Origin: Escherichia coli
Lineage (GTDB): Bacteria > Pseudomonadota > Gammaproteobacteria > Enterobacterales > Enterobacteriaceae
Assembly (NCBI RefSeq): GCF_044324875.1
Contig: NZ_CP172185.1
Direction: 5' to 3' (one strand)
DNA: 64,000 bases
Shown: positions 28,305-39,715 of the stretch, one piece after another
Numbering within the stretch: position 1 is the first letter of the stretch
Layout: every line of letters begins with the position of its first letter
Position numbers and translations under genes: made by a program
The notes under the pieces: model-generated
The model's input: the letters and a program-made list of their open reading frames with translations, nothing else
What the model was told of the DNA's origin: nothing
Databases searched by the model: none

Positions 28305-29173
28305 CTCATGTAGTTAGTTTTTCTGGCGGGAGAACATCCGCATATCTTGTTCACCTGATGGAAGAACAAAGAAAGGCTGGCAATAACGTCTGCTACATCT
28401 TTATGGATACCGGTTGCGAACATCCGCTGACATACCGCTTTATCCGGGAGGTTGTGAAGTTCTGGGACATACCACTAACTGTGTTACAGGTCGATATAAA
28501 TCCTGAGCTTGGGCAGCCAAATGGTTATACAGAATGGGAGCCAACGGATATTCAGACACGAATGCCGGTGCTTAAACCGTTTATGGACATGGTTAAAAAG
28601 TACGGCACGCCATACATCGGCGGCGCGTTCTGTACTGACAGGCTAAAACTCATCCCTTTCACGAAATACTGCGATAACCATTTCGGGCGAGGTAATTACA
28701 TCACATGGCTGGGTATTCGTGCAGACGAACCCCGTAGGCTGAAACCGAAATCGGGCGTCCGGTATCTTGCCGAGCTGTCAGATTTTGATAAGTCGGATGT
28801 TATCCGGTGGTGGCGAAAACAACCTTTTGATTTGCAAATCCCGGAGCATCTCGGGAACTGTGTTTTCTGCATCAAAAAGTCAACGCAAAAGCTGGGGCTT
28901 GCATGTAAAGACGAACCAGGTCTGATGCGAGTTTTTAATGAGCTGGTTACAGGCAAACACGTCAGGGATGGTCATCGCAGAACAGGTAAAGACATTATGT
29001 ACCGTGGTCACCTGACGCTTGACGGAATTGCCAGAATGTCTGCCAACAGCGACTACAGAAATTTGTATCAGGCGATGGTACAGGCCAGGCGATTCGATAC
29101 CGGCTCGTGTTCAGAGTCATGTGAAATCTGGGGTGATCAATTGGAATTGGAATTCGAAGAGGTAGGGGTATGA
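28295..29173 (+). CDS. PAPS reductase-like PP-loop protein
   Basis: 292-aa ORF with N-terminal SFSGGRTS PP-loop ATP-pyrophosphatase motif. Confidence 0.7.
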   Translation: MCITHVVSFSGGRTSAYLVHLMEEQRKAGNNVCYIFMDTGCEHPLTYRFIREVVKFWDIPLTVLQVDINPELGQPNGYTEWEPTDIQTRMPVLKPFMDMVKKYGTPYIGGAFCTDRLKLIPFTKYCDNHFGRGNYITWLGIRADEPRRLKPKSGVRYLAELSDFDKSDVIRWWRKQPFDLQIPEHLGNCVFCIKKSTQKLGLACKDEPGLMRVFNELVTGKHVRDGHRRTGKDIMYRGHLTLDGIARMSANSDYRNLYQAMVQARRFDTGSCSESCEIWGDQLELEFEEVGV

Positions 29174-29514
29174 CAACCGAAATTAACTACCATGCACTGC
29201 TTGAGCGCGCACGGAATAAAGTGCAGAGCATTGAGTTCGCCTTAACACAGAGTGCATTCGCTGAGATTCGCGCTGAGCTTGAAAATGATTTAGAACTGGC
29301 ACGGATTGCACTGGCATCTCTGGAAGTTGAGCCAGATGAACGCGCAGCCTATGAATTATTTATGGAAAAGCGTTTCGGTAAAACAGTCGATCGTCGGAGA
29401 GCAAAAAACGGCGATAACGAATACATGGCATGGGATATGACTCTCGGTTGGATCATCTGGCAGCAACGAGCTGGTATCCATTTTTCAACAATGTCACAAC
29501 AAGAGGTGAAATAA
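29170..29514 (+). CDS. Hypothetical protein
   Basis: 114-aa ORF overlapping previous stop by 4 nt. Confidence 0.45.
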   Translation: MTTEINYHALLERARNKVQSIEFALTQSAFAEIRAELENDLELARIALASLEVEPDERAAYELFMEKRFGKTVDRRRAKNGDNEYMAWDMTLGWIIWQQRAGIHFSTMSQQEVK

Positions 29515-29628
29515 TAGAGCCATACAGCCTCACACTCGATGAGGCCTGTTCATTGCTCAATGATATCCAGACCTACCATCGCCGCATCAATGCGGCTTTT
29601 TCTTGCGTGTAATTGCGGAGACTTTGCG

Positions 29629-29847
29629 ATGTACTTGACACTTCAGGAGTGGAACGCTCGCCAGCGACGCCCAAGAAGCCTTGAAACAGTTCGTCGATGG
29701 GTGCGCGAATGCAGGATATTCCCTCCTCCGGTTAAGGATGGAAGAGAGTATCTGTTCCACGAATCAGCGGTAAAGGTTGACTTAAATCGACCAGTAACAG
29801 GTAGCCTTTTGAAGAGGATCAGAAATGGGAAGAAGGCGAAGTCATGA
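29629..29847 (+). CDS. xis: Excisionase Xis (lambda)
   Basis: 72-aa product MYLTLQEWNARQRRPRSLETVRRW... matches lambda Xis as recalled. Confidence 0.9.
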   Translation: MYLTLQEWNARQRRPRSLETVRRWVRECRIFPPPVKDGREYLFHESAVKVDLNRPVTGSLLKRIRNGKKAKS

Positions 29848-30895
29848 GCGCCGGGATTTACCCCCTAACCTTTATATAAGAAACAATGGATATTACTGCT
29901 ACAGGGACCCAAGGACGGGTAAAGAGTTCGGATTAGGCAGAGACAGGAGGATAGCAATTACTGAAGCAATACAGGCAAACATTGAGTTATTTTCAGGACA
30001 CAAACACAAGCCTCTGACAGCGAGAATCAACAGTGATAATTCTGTTACGTTACATTCATGGCTTGATCGCTACGAAAAAATCCTCGCCAGCAGAGGAATC
30101 AAGCAGAAGACACTTATAAATTACATGAGCAAAATTAAAGCAATAAGGAGGGGGCTACCTGATGTTCCACTTGAAGACATCACCACAAAAGAAATTGCAG
30201 CAATGCTCAATGGATACATAGACGAGGGCAAGGCGGCGTCAGCCAAGTTAATCAGATCAACACTGAGCGATGCATTCCGAGAGGCAATAGCTGAAGGCCA
30301 TATAACAACAAACCCGGTCGCTGCCACTCGCGCAGCAAAATCAGAGGTAAGGAGATCAAGACTTACGGCTGACGAATACCTGAAAATTTATCAAGCAGCA
30401 GAATCATCACCATGTTGGCTTAGACTTGCAATGGAACTGGCTGTTGTTACCGGGCAGCGAGTTGGTGATTTATGCGAAATGAAGTGGTCTGATATCGTAG
30501 ATGGATATCTTTATGTCGAGCAAAGCAAAACAGGCGTAAAAATTGCCATCCCAACAGCATTGCATGTTGATGCTCTCGGAATATCAATGAAGGAAACACT
30601 TGATAAATGCAAAGAGATTCTTGGCGGAGAAACCATAATTGCATCTACTCGTCGCGAACCGCTTTCATCCGGCACAGTATCAAGGTATTTTATGCGCGCA
30701 CGAAAAGCATCAGGTCTTTCCTTCGAAGGGGATCCGCCTACCTTTCACGAGTTGCGCAGTTTGTCTGCAAGACTCTATGAGAAGCAGATAAGCGATAAGT
30801 TTGCTCAACATCTTCTCGGGCATAAGTCGGACACCATGGCATCACAGTATCGTGATGACAGAGGCAGGGAGTGGGACAAAATTGAAATCAAATAA
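29825..30895 (+). CDS. int: Integrase Int (lambda, tyrosine recombinase)
   Basis: 356-aa product MGRRRSHERRDLPPNLYIRNNGYYCYRDPRTGKEF... matches lambda Int as recalled. Confidence 0.95.
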   Translation: MGRRRSHERRDLPPNLYIRNNGYYCYRDPRTGKEFGLGRDRRIAITEAIQANIELFSGHKHKPLTARINSDNSVTLHSWLDRYEKILASRGIKQKTLINYMSKIKAIRRGLPDVPLEDITTKEIAAMLNGYIDEGKAASAKLIRSTLSDAFREAIAEGHITTNPVAATRAAKSEVRRSRLTADEYLKIYQAAESSPCWLRLAMELAVVTGQRVGDLCEMKWSDIVDGYLYVEQSKTGVKIAIPTALHVDALGISMKETLDKCKEILGGETIIASTRREPLSSGTVSRYFMRARKASGLSFEGDPPTFHELRSLSARLYEKQISDKFAQHLLGHKSDTMASQYRDDRGREWDKIEIK

Positions 30896-30983
30896 TGATT
30901 TTATTTTGACTGATAGTGACCTGTTCGTTGCAACAAATTGATAAGCAATGCTTTTTTATAATGCCAACTTAGTATAAAAAAGC
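30896..30983. other. attL: phage P' arm and 15-bp att core
   Basis: TTAGTATAAAAAAGC at 30969-30983 is the reverse complement of the lambda core GCTTTTTTATACTAA, preceded by lambda P' arm sequence. Confidence 0.85.
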
Positions 30984-31029
30984 AGGCTTCAACGGATTCA
31001 TTTTTCTATTTCATAGCCCGGAGCAACCT

Positions 31030-32313
31030 GTGAACACATTTTCAGTTTCCCGTCTGGCGCTGGCATTGGCTTTTGGCGTGACGCTGACCGCCTGTAGCTC
31101 AACACCACCCGATCAACGTCCTTCTGATCAAACCGCGCCTGGTACCTCTTCTCGCCCGATTCTGTCGGCAAAAGAAGCGCAGAATTTCGATGCTCAACAC
31201 TATTTTGCGTCCCTGACGCCAGGTGCTGCAGCGTGGAATCCTTCCCCGATTTCCCTGCCTGCGCAACCTGACTTTGTTGTCGGCCCGGCAGGTACTCAAG
31301 GTGTAACGCATACCACGATTCAGGCGGCGGTAGATGCGGCAATTATCAAGCGTACCAACAAGCGCCAGTATATTGCCGTGATGCCTGGTGAGTATCAGGG
31401 AACGGTGTATGTCCCTGCTGCTCCGGGTGGAATTACTCTGTACGGTACAGGTGAAAAACCGATTGATGTGAAGATTGGGCTTTCCCTTGATGGGGGCATG
31501 AGCCCTGCCGACTGGCGTCACGACGTCAACCCGCGCGGCAAATATATGCCAGGTAAACCAGCGTGGTATATGTACGATAGCTGCCAGAGCAAACGCAGCG
31601 ACAGTATCGGTGTTCTCTGCTCTGCGGTCTTCTGGTCACAAAACAATGGCCTGCAACTGCAAAATCTGACCATCGAAAACACGCTGGGCGATAGCGTAGA
31701 TGCGGGTAACCATCCGGCGGTGGCACTGCGTACTGATGGTGACAAAGTGCAGATCAATAACGTCAACATTCTCGGTCGTCAGAATACCTTCTTTGTCACC
31801 AACAGTGGTGTGCAAAACCGTCTGGAAACCAACCGTCAGCCGCGTACTCTGGTGACCAACAGTTACATTGAAGGGGATGTGGATATCGTTTCTGGTCGCG
31901 GCGCAGTGGTGTTCGATAATACCGAATTCCGCGTGGTGAACTCTCGTACTCAGCAAGAAGCTTATGTGTTTGCACCGGCAACACTGTCTAACATCTATTA
32001 CGGTTTCCTCGCCGTAAACAGCCGTTTCAATGCTTCAGGTGATGGCGTGGCGCAACTGGGCCGCTCGCTGGATGTTGATGCTAATACCAACGGTCAGGTG
32101 GTGATCCGTGATAGTGCCATCAACGAAGGTTTTAACACGGCGAAACCGTGGGCCGATGCGGTGATTTCCAATCGTCCGTTTGCGGGTAACACCGGCAGCG
32201 TTGATGATAACGACGAAGTACAGCGTAATCTGAATGACACTAACTACAACCGCATGTGGGAATACAATAACCGCGGCGTGGGTAGCAAAGTGGTTGCAGA
32301 GGCGAAGAAGTAA
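31030..32313 (+). CDS. ybhC: Outer-membrane lipoprotein YbhC (pectinesterase-like), GTG start
   Basis: 427-aa product with lipoprotein signal LTACSS; K-12 synteny. Confidence 0.9.
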   Translation: MNTFSVSRLALALAFGVTLTACSSTPPDQRPSDQTAPGTSSRPILSAKEAQNFDAQHYFASLTPGAAAWNPSPISLPAQPDFVVGPAGTQGVTHTTIQAAVDAAIIKRTNKRQYIAVMPGEYQGTVYVPAAPGGITLYGTGEKPIDVKIGLSLDGGMSPADWRHDVNPRGKYMPGKPAWYMYDSCQSKRSDSIGVLCSAVFWSQNNGLQLQNLTIENTLGDSVDAGNHPAVALRTDGDKVQINNVNILGRQNTFFVTNSGVQNRLETNRQPRTLVTNSYIEGDVDIVSGRGAVVFDNTEFRVVNSRTQQEAYVFAPATLSNIYYGFLAVNSRFNASGDGVAQLGRSLDVDANTNGQVVIRDSAINEGFNTAKPWADAVISNRPFAGNTGSVDDNDEVQRNLNDTNYNRMWEYNNRGVGSKVVAEAKK

Positions 32314-32384
32314 AAAAGAAAACCCGATAGTCTGAACCATCGGGTTAATGAAACTGGGCGCTATATTTCATAGCGCCTTTTTTT
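32312..32384. terminator. Convergent intrinsic terminators between ybhC and ybhJ
   Basis: Two hairpins (32321-32348 and 32357-32384) with flanking A/T runs. Confidence 0.55.
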
Positions 32385-34644
32385 ACATCTGACGGTTTTT
32401 ATTGAAGTTAATCAAACTACCCGCCTTGATAATCTCGCGCTCTTCAGCAGTCAGACTTTCCATATAGAGCGTAATCTCTGTTACTGGCGCATCTTCATGG
32501 ATCACATAACCCTTAAACGTCGTACCCGGATTATCCAGCGCCGCTTTAATGCCAGGGATGTAAATGTAATCCCCCACTTCAAACGTTGGTGCTTCCGCCA
32601 TCTGCAGCGGTAACATCCCCCAGTTGATGACGTTAGAACGGTAGCGTTTAGTCGCGTACTCCTCGGCAATATTCGCCAGACCGCCAATCACACGCTGGCA
32701 GCTCGCCGCCTGCTCACGCGCAGAACCATCGCCTGGTTTCACCGCATAGACCATGCTGCCAATTTCAGTTTGCAGCGGATCAATATGCTCCTGACCAGCA
32801 ATCTGCTTAATGCGCGCAAACACCTCTGTCAGCTCGCTGACATTCCCCGCCAGACGCTGATTTTCCAGCTCAGCAGTCACTTTACTTCTGCCAACATAAC
32901 CGGGATCGCGGCGTGACAGGGTAAACTCCGCCAGACCAATCGGATTTGAACGATAAGAAGAGGTTTCACCGGAAGGGATCAGTTCGTCGGTGGTGGTCAC
33001 TTCGTCGAGGATCTTCGAGCACACTTTGAGGACGATATTGTCAGTCAGCGCCCCCAATTCCGGCCAGTCTTTAATGTTCGGTCCGTAAATCAGCGGTTGC
33101 TGAGTTGCCCCTTTCACAAAGCCCTGATAAACACGGTTTTTATACGGCGTTACATCGAAGGCGTACTCCGGCACGTTGTCCCAGCAATCGAGTTCGCTGG
33201 CAGAAGTTAAATAGCCACCGTTTGCCGCAGTCGCAGCGATAGAACGAGCGTCCATCAACGCCACCGCTGACATCTGCCCATTGGCTGGCTTAGAGCCTTC
33301 GCGGTTCGGGAAGTTACGCGTGGTGTGGCGAATACTCAAACCGTTGTTGATTGGCGTATCGCCCGCGCCAAAGCATGGGCCGCAGAACGCGGTTCTGATG
33401 ATTGCGCCTGCGCCAATCAAATCTGCTACCACACCTTTTTTGGCGAGATCCATAAACACCGGCTGTGATGACGGGTAAACCGCTAACGAGAAGGTGTCAT
33501 TGCCACAGGATTGACCGCGCAGTGCATTCGCCGCCGCGATGACGTTTTCGTAGTTACCGCCAGAACAGCCCGCGATAATCCCCTGCTGCACTTTCAGGCG
33601 ACCATTTTCCACTTTATCCAGCAGCGAGAGTTTGGCTTTACCGTGCGCCACGCGTTCGGACTCAATTTCAATCTCACGCAGAATGTCGGTCAGGTTCTGG
33701 TTCAGCGTGTCGATTTCATACACGTTGCTCGGGTGAAACGGCAGCGCAATCATTGGTTTGATGGCGCTTAAATCAACGCTGATGCAGCCATCGTAGTACG
33801 CCATCGGTTGAGGGTTAAGCTGGCAGTAATCCTGGCCGCGACCGTGCAGCGCCAGCCAGTTATGGACTTCTTCATCGGTTTGCCAGACAGAACTTAAACA
33901 GGTCGTTTCAGTGGTCATAACGTCAACGCTGTTACGGAAATCGGTAGAGAGCGCAGCAACACCGGGACCTACGAATTCCATCACTTTGTTTTTGACGTAG
34001 CCGTTTTTGAACACGGCACCGATGATAGCCAGCGCCACATCCTGTGGCCCCACATACGGCGCTGGTTTTCCGGTCAGATGCACCGCAACAACTCCCGGAT
34101 AGTCGATATCCCAGGTGTCATTAAGCAATTGTTTTACCAACTCGCCGCCGCCCTCACCGACTGCCATTGTCCCTAATGCACCGTAACGGGTGTGGCTGTC
34201 TGACCCGAGGATCATTTTGCCGCCGCCTGCCATCATCTCACGCATATATTGATGGATGACCGCAATATGCGGAGGCACAAAAATACCGCCATAACGCTGC
34301 GCTGCCGATAAACCAAAAACATGGTCATCACCGTTAATGGTGCCGCCGACGGCGCAAAGTGAGTTATGGCAGTTGGTCAGCACATACGGCAGCGGGAAAC
34401 GTTCCATACCGGACGCTTTAGCAGTCTGTACAATCCCAACAAAGGTAATATCGTGAGAGGCTAATGAATTAAACTTAATTTTAAGTTTATCCATATTTCC
34501 GGACGTATTATGAGAAGAGAGAATAGACCAGGCAATAGTGCCTTTTTTGGCTTCTTCTTTTTTAATTTCGCCGGTGAAATGTTCTTCGGCAATTATTTCG
34601 TTATTACTGGCGAGAAACACGCCTTTTTCAGATAACTTGATCAT
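32383..34644 (-). CDS. ybhJ: Aconitase-family protein YbhJ
   Basis: 753-aa product from Met 34644 with GGAG ribosome-binding site; K-12 synteny. Confidence 0.85.
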   Translation of the reverse strand: MIKLSEKGVFLASNNEIIAEEHFTGEIKKEEAKKGTIAWSILSSHNTSGNMDKLKIKFNSLASHDITFVGIVQTAKASGMERFPLPYVLTNCHNSLCAVGGTINGDDHVFGLSAAQRYGGIFVPPHIAVIHQYMREMMAGGGKMILGSDSHTRYGALGTMAVGEGGGELVKQLLNDTWDIDYPGVVAVHLTGKPAPYVGPQDVALAIIGAVFKNGYVKNKVMEFVGPGVAALSTDFRNSVDVMTTETTCLSSVWQTDEEVHNWLALHGRGQDYCQLNPQPMAYYDGCISVDLSAIKPMIALPFHPSNVYEIDTLNQNLTDILREIEIESERVAHGKAKLSLLDKVENGRLKVQQGIIAGCSGGNYENVIAAANALRGQSCGNDTFSLAVYPSSQPVFMDLAKKGVVADLIGAGAIIRTAFCGPCFGAGDTPINNGLSIRHTTRNFPNREGSKPANGQMSAVALMDARSIAATAANGGYLTSASELDCWDNVPEYAFDVTPYKNRVYQGFVKGATQQPLIYGPNIKDWPELGALTDNIVLKVCSKILDEVTTTDELIPSGETSSYRSNPIGLAEFTLSRRDPGYVGRSKVTAELENQRLAGNVSELTEVFARIKQIAGQEHIDPLQTEIGSMVYAVKPGDGSAREQAASCQRVIGGLANIAEEYATKRYRSNVINWGMLPLQMAEAPTFEVGDYIYIPGIKAALDNPGTTFKGYVIHEDAPVTEITLYMESLTAEEREIIKAGSLINFNKNRQM

Positions 34645-34721
34645 CAAATGCTCCAGATATCTGCGCACCGAGAAGTGCGCAGAAAGATAATAAATGGATA
34701 TACTCTAAATAATTAGAGTTG

Positions 34722-34826
34722 CAGGAAGGCGACTAGCGAGTGAATCCCCAGGCGCTTACATAAGTAAGTGACTGGGGTGAGCGAACGCAGACGCAGCACA
34801 TGCAACTTGAAGTATGACGAGTATAT
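34722..34826. repeat. ERIC-like intergenic repeat element
   Basis: GTGAATCCCCAGGCGCTTACATAAGTAAGTGACTGGGGTGAGCGAACGCAG... matches the enterobacterial repetitive intergenic consensus as recalled. Confidence 0.6.
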
Positions 34827-36260
34827 TTACAGCATGTTCCAGCCGATCAGCATATTCCACCACCACACACCGAGGGTGATATGTACCAGGAAGGTTAATA
34901 TCGTCAGTACCGCACCGACCAACCACCAGGATTTAATATCGTTGTAACCCACGCCAAAGATGACCGGACCTGCCGCGCCGCCATAGTGAGTAACCATGCC
35001 GCCATAGGAGTTGGAGAACAACAGTGCCAGCGCGGTTAACATTAACGGTGCGCCGGAGACGTTCGCCAGCATGGCAAATACCGGTAACATAGCAACGATA
35101 TAGGCACTACCGGAAGCGAAGAAATAACGAACGATGATGCTGAGGAAAATAATAACGAAGAAAGCAACGTTACCGTGACCATCAAATGCCAGGTTATTTT
35201 TAAAGACTTCAGCTAACCATTCGAAGAATTTAACTTTCGATAATAAGGAGCTTAAGCCGATAATACCGCCGTACCAGATTAAGGTATTCCAGCCGCCTTT
35301 ATTTTTAACCACGTCTTCCCAGGTAACGATACCCAGCAGCAGCATAGTCGCCATAACAACGATTGCCACGGTGGATTCATCAACCCCCAGTGACTTACTG
35401 AAAATCCAGCCCAGCAGCGCCAGCACGAAGACACCGAGCAGCATTTTTTCGCGGATTTTCATCGGTCCCAGTTCGGCAAGGCCCGCTTTGGCGATAGTTT
35501 TGTTATCCACCTTCTTAATTTCTGGCGGATACATGGTGTAAATCACCAGCGGGGTGACCAGCAGCATAATGATACCCGGCAATCCGGCGGCCAGCGCCCA
35601 TCCACCCCAGCTAATTTGCAGGTGCAGAATGTCGTTGATCATTTTCAGCGCCAGAATGTTCCCCGCCATTGCGGTAAAGAACATATAGCTGGTGGTTTTG
35701 GTGACCATGTAAATGGACATCATCAGGTAATGTCCGACACGACGCGGGCTTTTTTCAGGTTCTGACCCCAAAGCCACCGCCACGCTGTTGATGATCGGTA
35801 ACACAATGCCGCCCGCACGCGCGGTGTTAGACGGTGTTGCCGGAGCCAGTACCAGATCGAGAAATACCGTAACGTAACCCAGGCCCAGGGTAGTGCTACC
35901 AATTTTACCAATCAGCAAATAGGCAATACGTTTACCTAAGCCGGTGGTCACAAATGCGGCGCTTAAGGTAAACGCCGAGAACACCAGCCAGGTGGTACCT
36001 GAAGAGTAACCGCTTAATACGGCGGTGGTTTTAAACGCACCGTCGGATAAGTTACCGACCACCACCATGGAGGCAGCAACGGCAATTAACAGTACGACAG
36101 GTTCCGGGAAAGGCTTGATAACCAGCCCCACAATGGCCGCCAGGTAAATACCAAAAAGCACCCACGCCAGTTCGCTTAATCCTGCCGGAGCTGGCATAAA
36201 GCCAATAATACATGGGATCGCTAATATCAGAATTAGCTTCCATAACGATTTTTTATTCAT
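34827..36260 (-). CDS. ybhI: Anion permease YbhI (DASS family)
   Basis: 477-aa polytopic membrane protein; K-12 synteny. Confidence 0.9.
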   Translation of the reverse strand: MNKKSLWKLILILAIPCIIGFMPAPAGLSELAWVLFGIYLAAIVGLVIKPFPEPVVLLIAVAASMVVVGNLSDGAFKTTAVLSGYSSGTTWLVFSAFTLSAAFVTTGLGKRIAYLLIGKIGSTTLGLGYVTVFLDLVLAPATPSNTARAGGIVLPIINSVAVALGSEPEKSPRRVGHYLMMSIYMVTKTTSYMFFTAMAGNILALKMINDILHLQISWGGWALAAGLPGIIMLLVTPLVIYTMYPPEIKKVDNKTIAKAGLAELGPMKIREKMLLGVFVLALLGWIFSKSLGVDESTVAIVVMATMLLLGIVTWEDVVKNKGGWNTLIWYGGIIGLSSLLSKVKFFEWLAEVFKNNLAFDGHGNVAFFVIIFLSIIVRYFFASGSAYIVAMLPVFAMLANVSGAPLMLTALALLFSNSYGGMVTHYGGAAGPVIFGVGYNDIKSWWLVGAVLTILTFLVHITLGVWWWNMLIGWNML

Positions 36261-36335
36261 TTAAAATCCTGTTCTTTCTGTATGACTCATACAGAAGTCC
36301 TTTATTGATTGTCCTTATCCTGACAACGAATTTTT

Positions 36336-37388
36336 TCAGGGAAGAAAAACTTCACCGGAAAATATTTTTCTGGTTGTCCGAATAACAGATGCGCGTAACG
36401 TCGTGGCATCCTGACCTTCATTACTTAAATGAACGTCGAGCGCACCACTGGGGTGTTCAATATTGATATTGCCGTATCCTACAGAAGGGACGATTTGTCG
36501 GGTGACGGTGCCTTCCAATGCACAACTACTGGAAATGGCAATAGCACCGGTTATCGCCAGCGCGCGATGGCAAGAATGCGGCATAAAATAACGCACATTA
36601 ATTGCTCCGCCTTTCTGCGCTGGAGAAATAAGCACAGGTTTAGGGATAACCATATTACTGACATCGCCTAATCCCATTGCTTTACCCGCTTGTAGACGGA
36701 TAGATTCAATGCGGGCTAATAATGCTTTGTCGGCATCCAGCTCCGCCGGTAATTCATAGCCTGTTTTTCCCAGATATTCAGCAGGAATAATGACAACTGG
36801 CATCGCCATATCGATACAGGTCACCGGGACATCGTCAAAATAATCAATCTGATTATCAGTCGGGAAGATTTTTCCGGTTTTGGTTCCGGCGGCATTCAGG
36901 AAAGTGAGCGCAACCGGTGCGGCAGTACCCGGTACGCCGTCAATTCTGGCGCTACCCTCGTACTCGACAACACCATTTGGCGTTTGCACATCAGCTTCGA
37001 TGAACGTACCCGTATTGACGTTGCGGATACGTACGCGGGTAACTGGCGAAGTCGCTGCAATCAAACCATTTTCAATGGCGAATGCCCCAACCCCAGACAA
37101 CATATTGCCGCAGTTTGGTGTTGTATCGACACGCTGCTCATGGACAATAACCTGAGCAAACAGATAATCGACATCAGCACGCGGATCGTCGGAATGGCTA
37201 ATAATGGCGACTTTACTGGTCAGCGGATTACCGCCGCCAATACCGTCAATTTCCAGATCGTTACCGGAACCCATAATTGCCATCAATATTTTATCGCGCT
37301 GCGTTTGATCTTCGGGTAGATGTTCCGCTAACAGGAACGCGCCCCTCGAGGTTCCCCCTCTCATCATCACGCAGGGTATTTTTTTCAT
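36336..37388 (-). CDS. ybhH: PrpF-family isomerase YbhH
   Basis: 350-aa product; K-12 synteny. Confidence 0.9.
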   Translation of the reverse strand: MKKIPCVMMRGGTSRGAFLLAEHLPEDQTQRDKILMAIMGSGNDLEIDGIGGGNPLTSKVAIISHSDDPRADVDYLFAQVIVHEQRVDTTPNCGNMLSGVGAFAIENGLIAATSPVTRVRIRNVNTGTFIEADVQTPNGVVEYEGSARIDGVPGTAAPVALTFLNAAGTKTGKIFPTDNQIDYFDDVPVTCIDMAMPVVIIPAEYLGKTGYELPAELDADKALLARIESIRLQAGKAMGLGDVSNMVIPKPVLISPAQKGGAINVRYFMPHSCHRALAITGAIAISSSCALEGTVTRQIVPSVGYGNINIEHPSGALDVHLSNEGQDATTLRASVIRTTRKIFSGEVFLP

Positions 37389-37571
37389 AATAATGCCCTC
37401 AATTTAAAAACATAACTTATTGCGATATGGTTACATTAAGGGCAAAGCATCTCTAATGACTTTAGCTCAACGATTAATAACATTTTTTCATTAATTTAAG
37501 TTAGCTAAATGCAGTTAAAATTTTTAACGGCCAGTCACCCAAAATCGACGCTTCCATTTTCCGGAGTAATA

Positions 37572-38525
37572 ATGAAGCATGAATTATCAAGTATGAAGGC
37601 ATTTGTCATACTGGCAGAGTCCAGTTCATTTAACAATGCCGCTAAATTACTCAATATTACGCAACCTGCATTAACGCGAAGAATAAAAAAGATGGAGGAA
37701 GATTTACATATCCAACTATTTGAGCGTACAACTCGCAAGGTTACGTTAACAAAAGCAGGAAAAAGATTGCTCCCGGAGGCGCGGGAATTAATAAAGAAAT
37801 TCGATGAAACGCTTTTTAATATTCGTGATATGAATGCTTATCATCGTGGTATGGTGACATTAGCGTGTATTCCGACCGCAGTATTTTATTTTTTACCGCT
37901 GGCAATCGGTAAATTTAATGAGCTTTATCCCAATATTAAAGTGCGGATTCTGGAACAAGGTACGAATAATTGCATGGAATCGGTGCTGTGTAACGAATCA
38001 GACTTTGGCATAAACATGAACAACGTCACAAATTCATCCATCGATTTTACCCCCCTGGTCAACGAGCCGTTCGTGCTGGCCTGTCGGCGTGACCATCCAT
38101 TGGCCAAAAAGCAGCTTGTAGAATGGCAGGAGTTAGTGGGTTACAAAATGATTGGCGTACGCTCCTCCAGCGGCAACCGACTGTTGATAGAACAACAGCT
38201 GGCCGACAAGCCCTGGAAGCTGGACTGGTTTTACGAAGTGCGTCATCTTTCGACGTCATTAGGACTGGTGGAGGCGGGACTGGGAATTTCGGCGCTTCCT
38301 GGTCTGGCAATGCCCCATGCACCCTATTCTTCGATTATTGGTATCCCGCTGGTGGAACCGGTTATACGTCGAACATTGGGGATTATTCGCCGCAAAGATG
38401 CCGTGCTTTCTCCGGCAGCTGAACGCTTTTTTGCCTTGCTGATTAATTTGTGGACTGACGATAAAGACAATTTGTGGACCAATATCGTCGAACGCCAGAG
38501 ACATGCGTTACAGGAGATAGGTTAA
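37572..38525 (+). CDS. ybhD: LysR-type transcriptional regulator YbhD
   Basis: 317-aa product from Met 37572 with GGAG ribosome-binding site; divergent from ybhH. Confidence 0.85.
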   Translation: MKHELSSMKAFVILAESSSFNNAAKLLNITQPALTRRIKKMEEDLHIQLFERTTRKVTLTKAGKRLLPEARELIKKFDETLFNIRDMNAYHRGMVTLACIPTAVFYFLPLAIGKFNELYPNIKVRILEQGTNNCMESVLCNESDFGINMNNVTNSSIDFTPLVNEPFVLACRRDHPLAKKQLVEWQELVGYKMIGVRSSSGNRLLIEQQLADKPWKLDWFYEVRHLSTSLGLVEAGLGISALPGLAMPHAPYSSIIGIPLVEPVIRRTLGIIRRKDAVLSPAAERFFALLINLWTDDKDNLWTNIVERQRHALQEIG

Positions 38526-38565
38526 TACACCGGCGCAGAAGAGACTGCGCCGGGTAAATCAGCGG

Positions 38566-39597
<1,032 letters not shown>

Positions 39598-39715
39598 CTA
39601 AAATTAGTCGCTTTTGGCGGTGAATGCTGAATTAAAACGCAGAATTTTGTCCGATAGTGGTATCGGTGTACCATTCGCGCAGAAGAAAATTCTTAACCTT
39701 AATCTGGAATACGCC

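Larger units (their letters stand above)
1..30983. mobile_element. Lambdoid prophage, gal-proximal part (right end outside window), integrated at lambda attB beside ybhC
   Basis: Contiguous phage modules (tail, head, terminase, lysis, Q, replication, immunity, int/xis) ending at the att core 30969-30983; host synteny resumes at ybhC. Confidence 0.9.
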
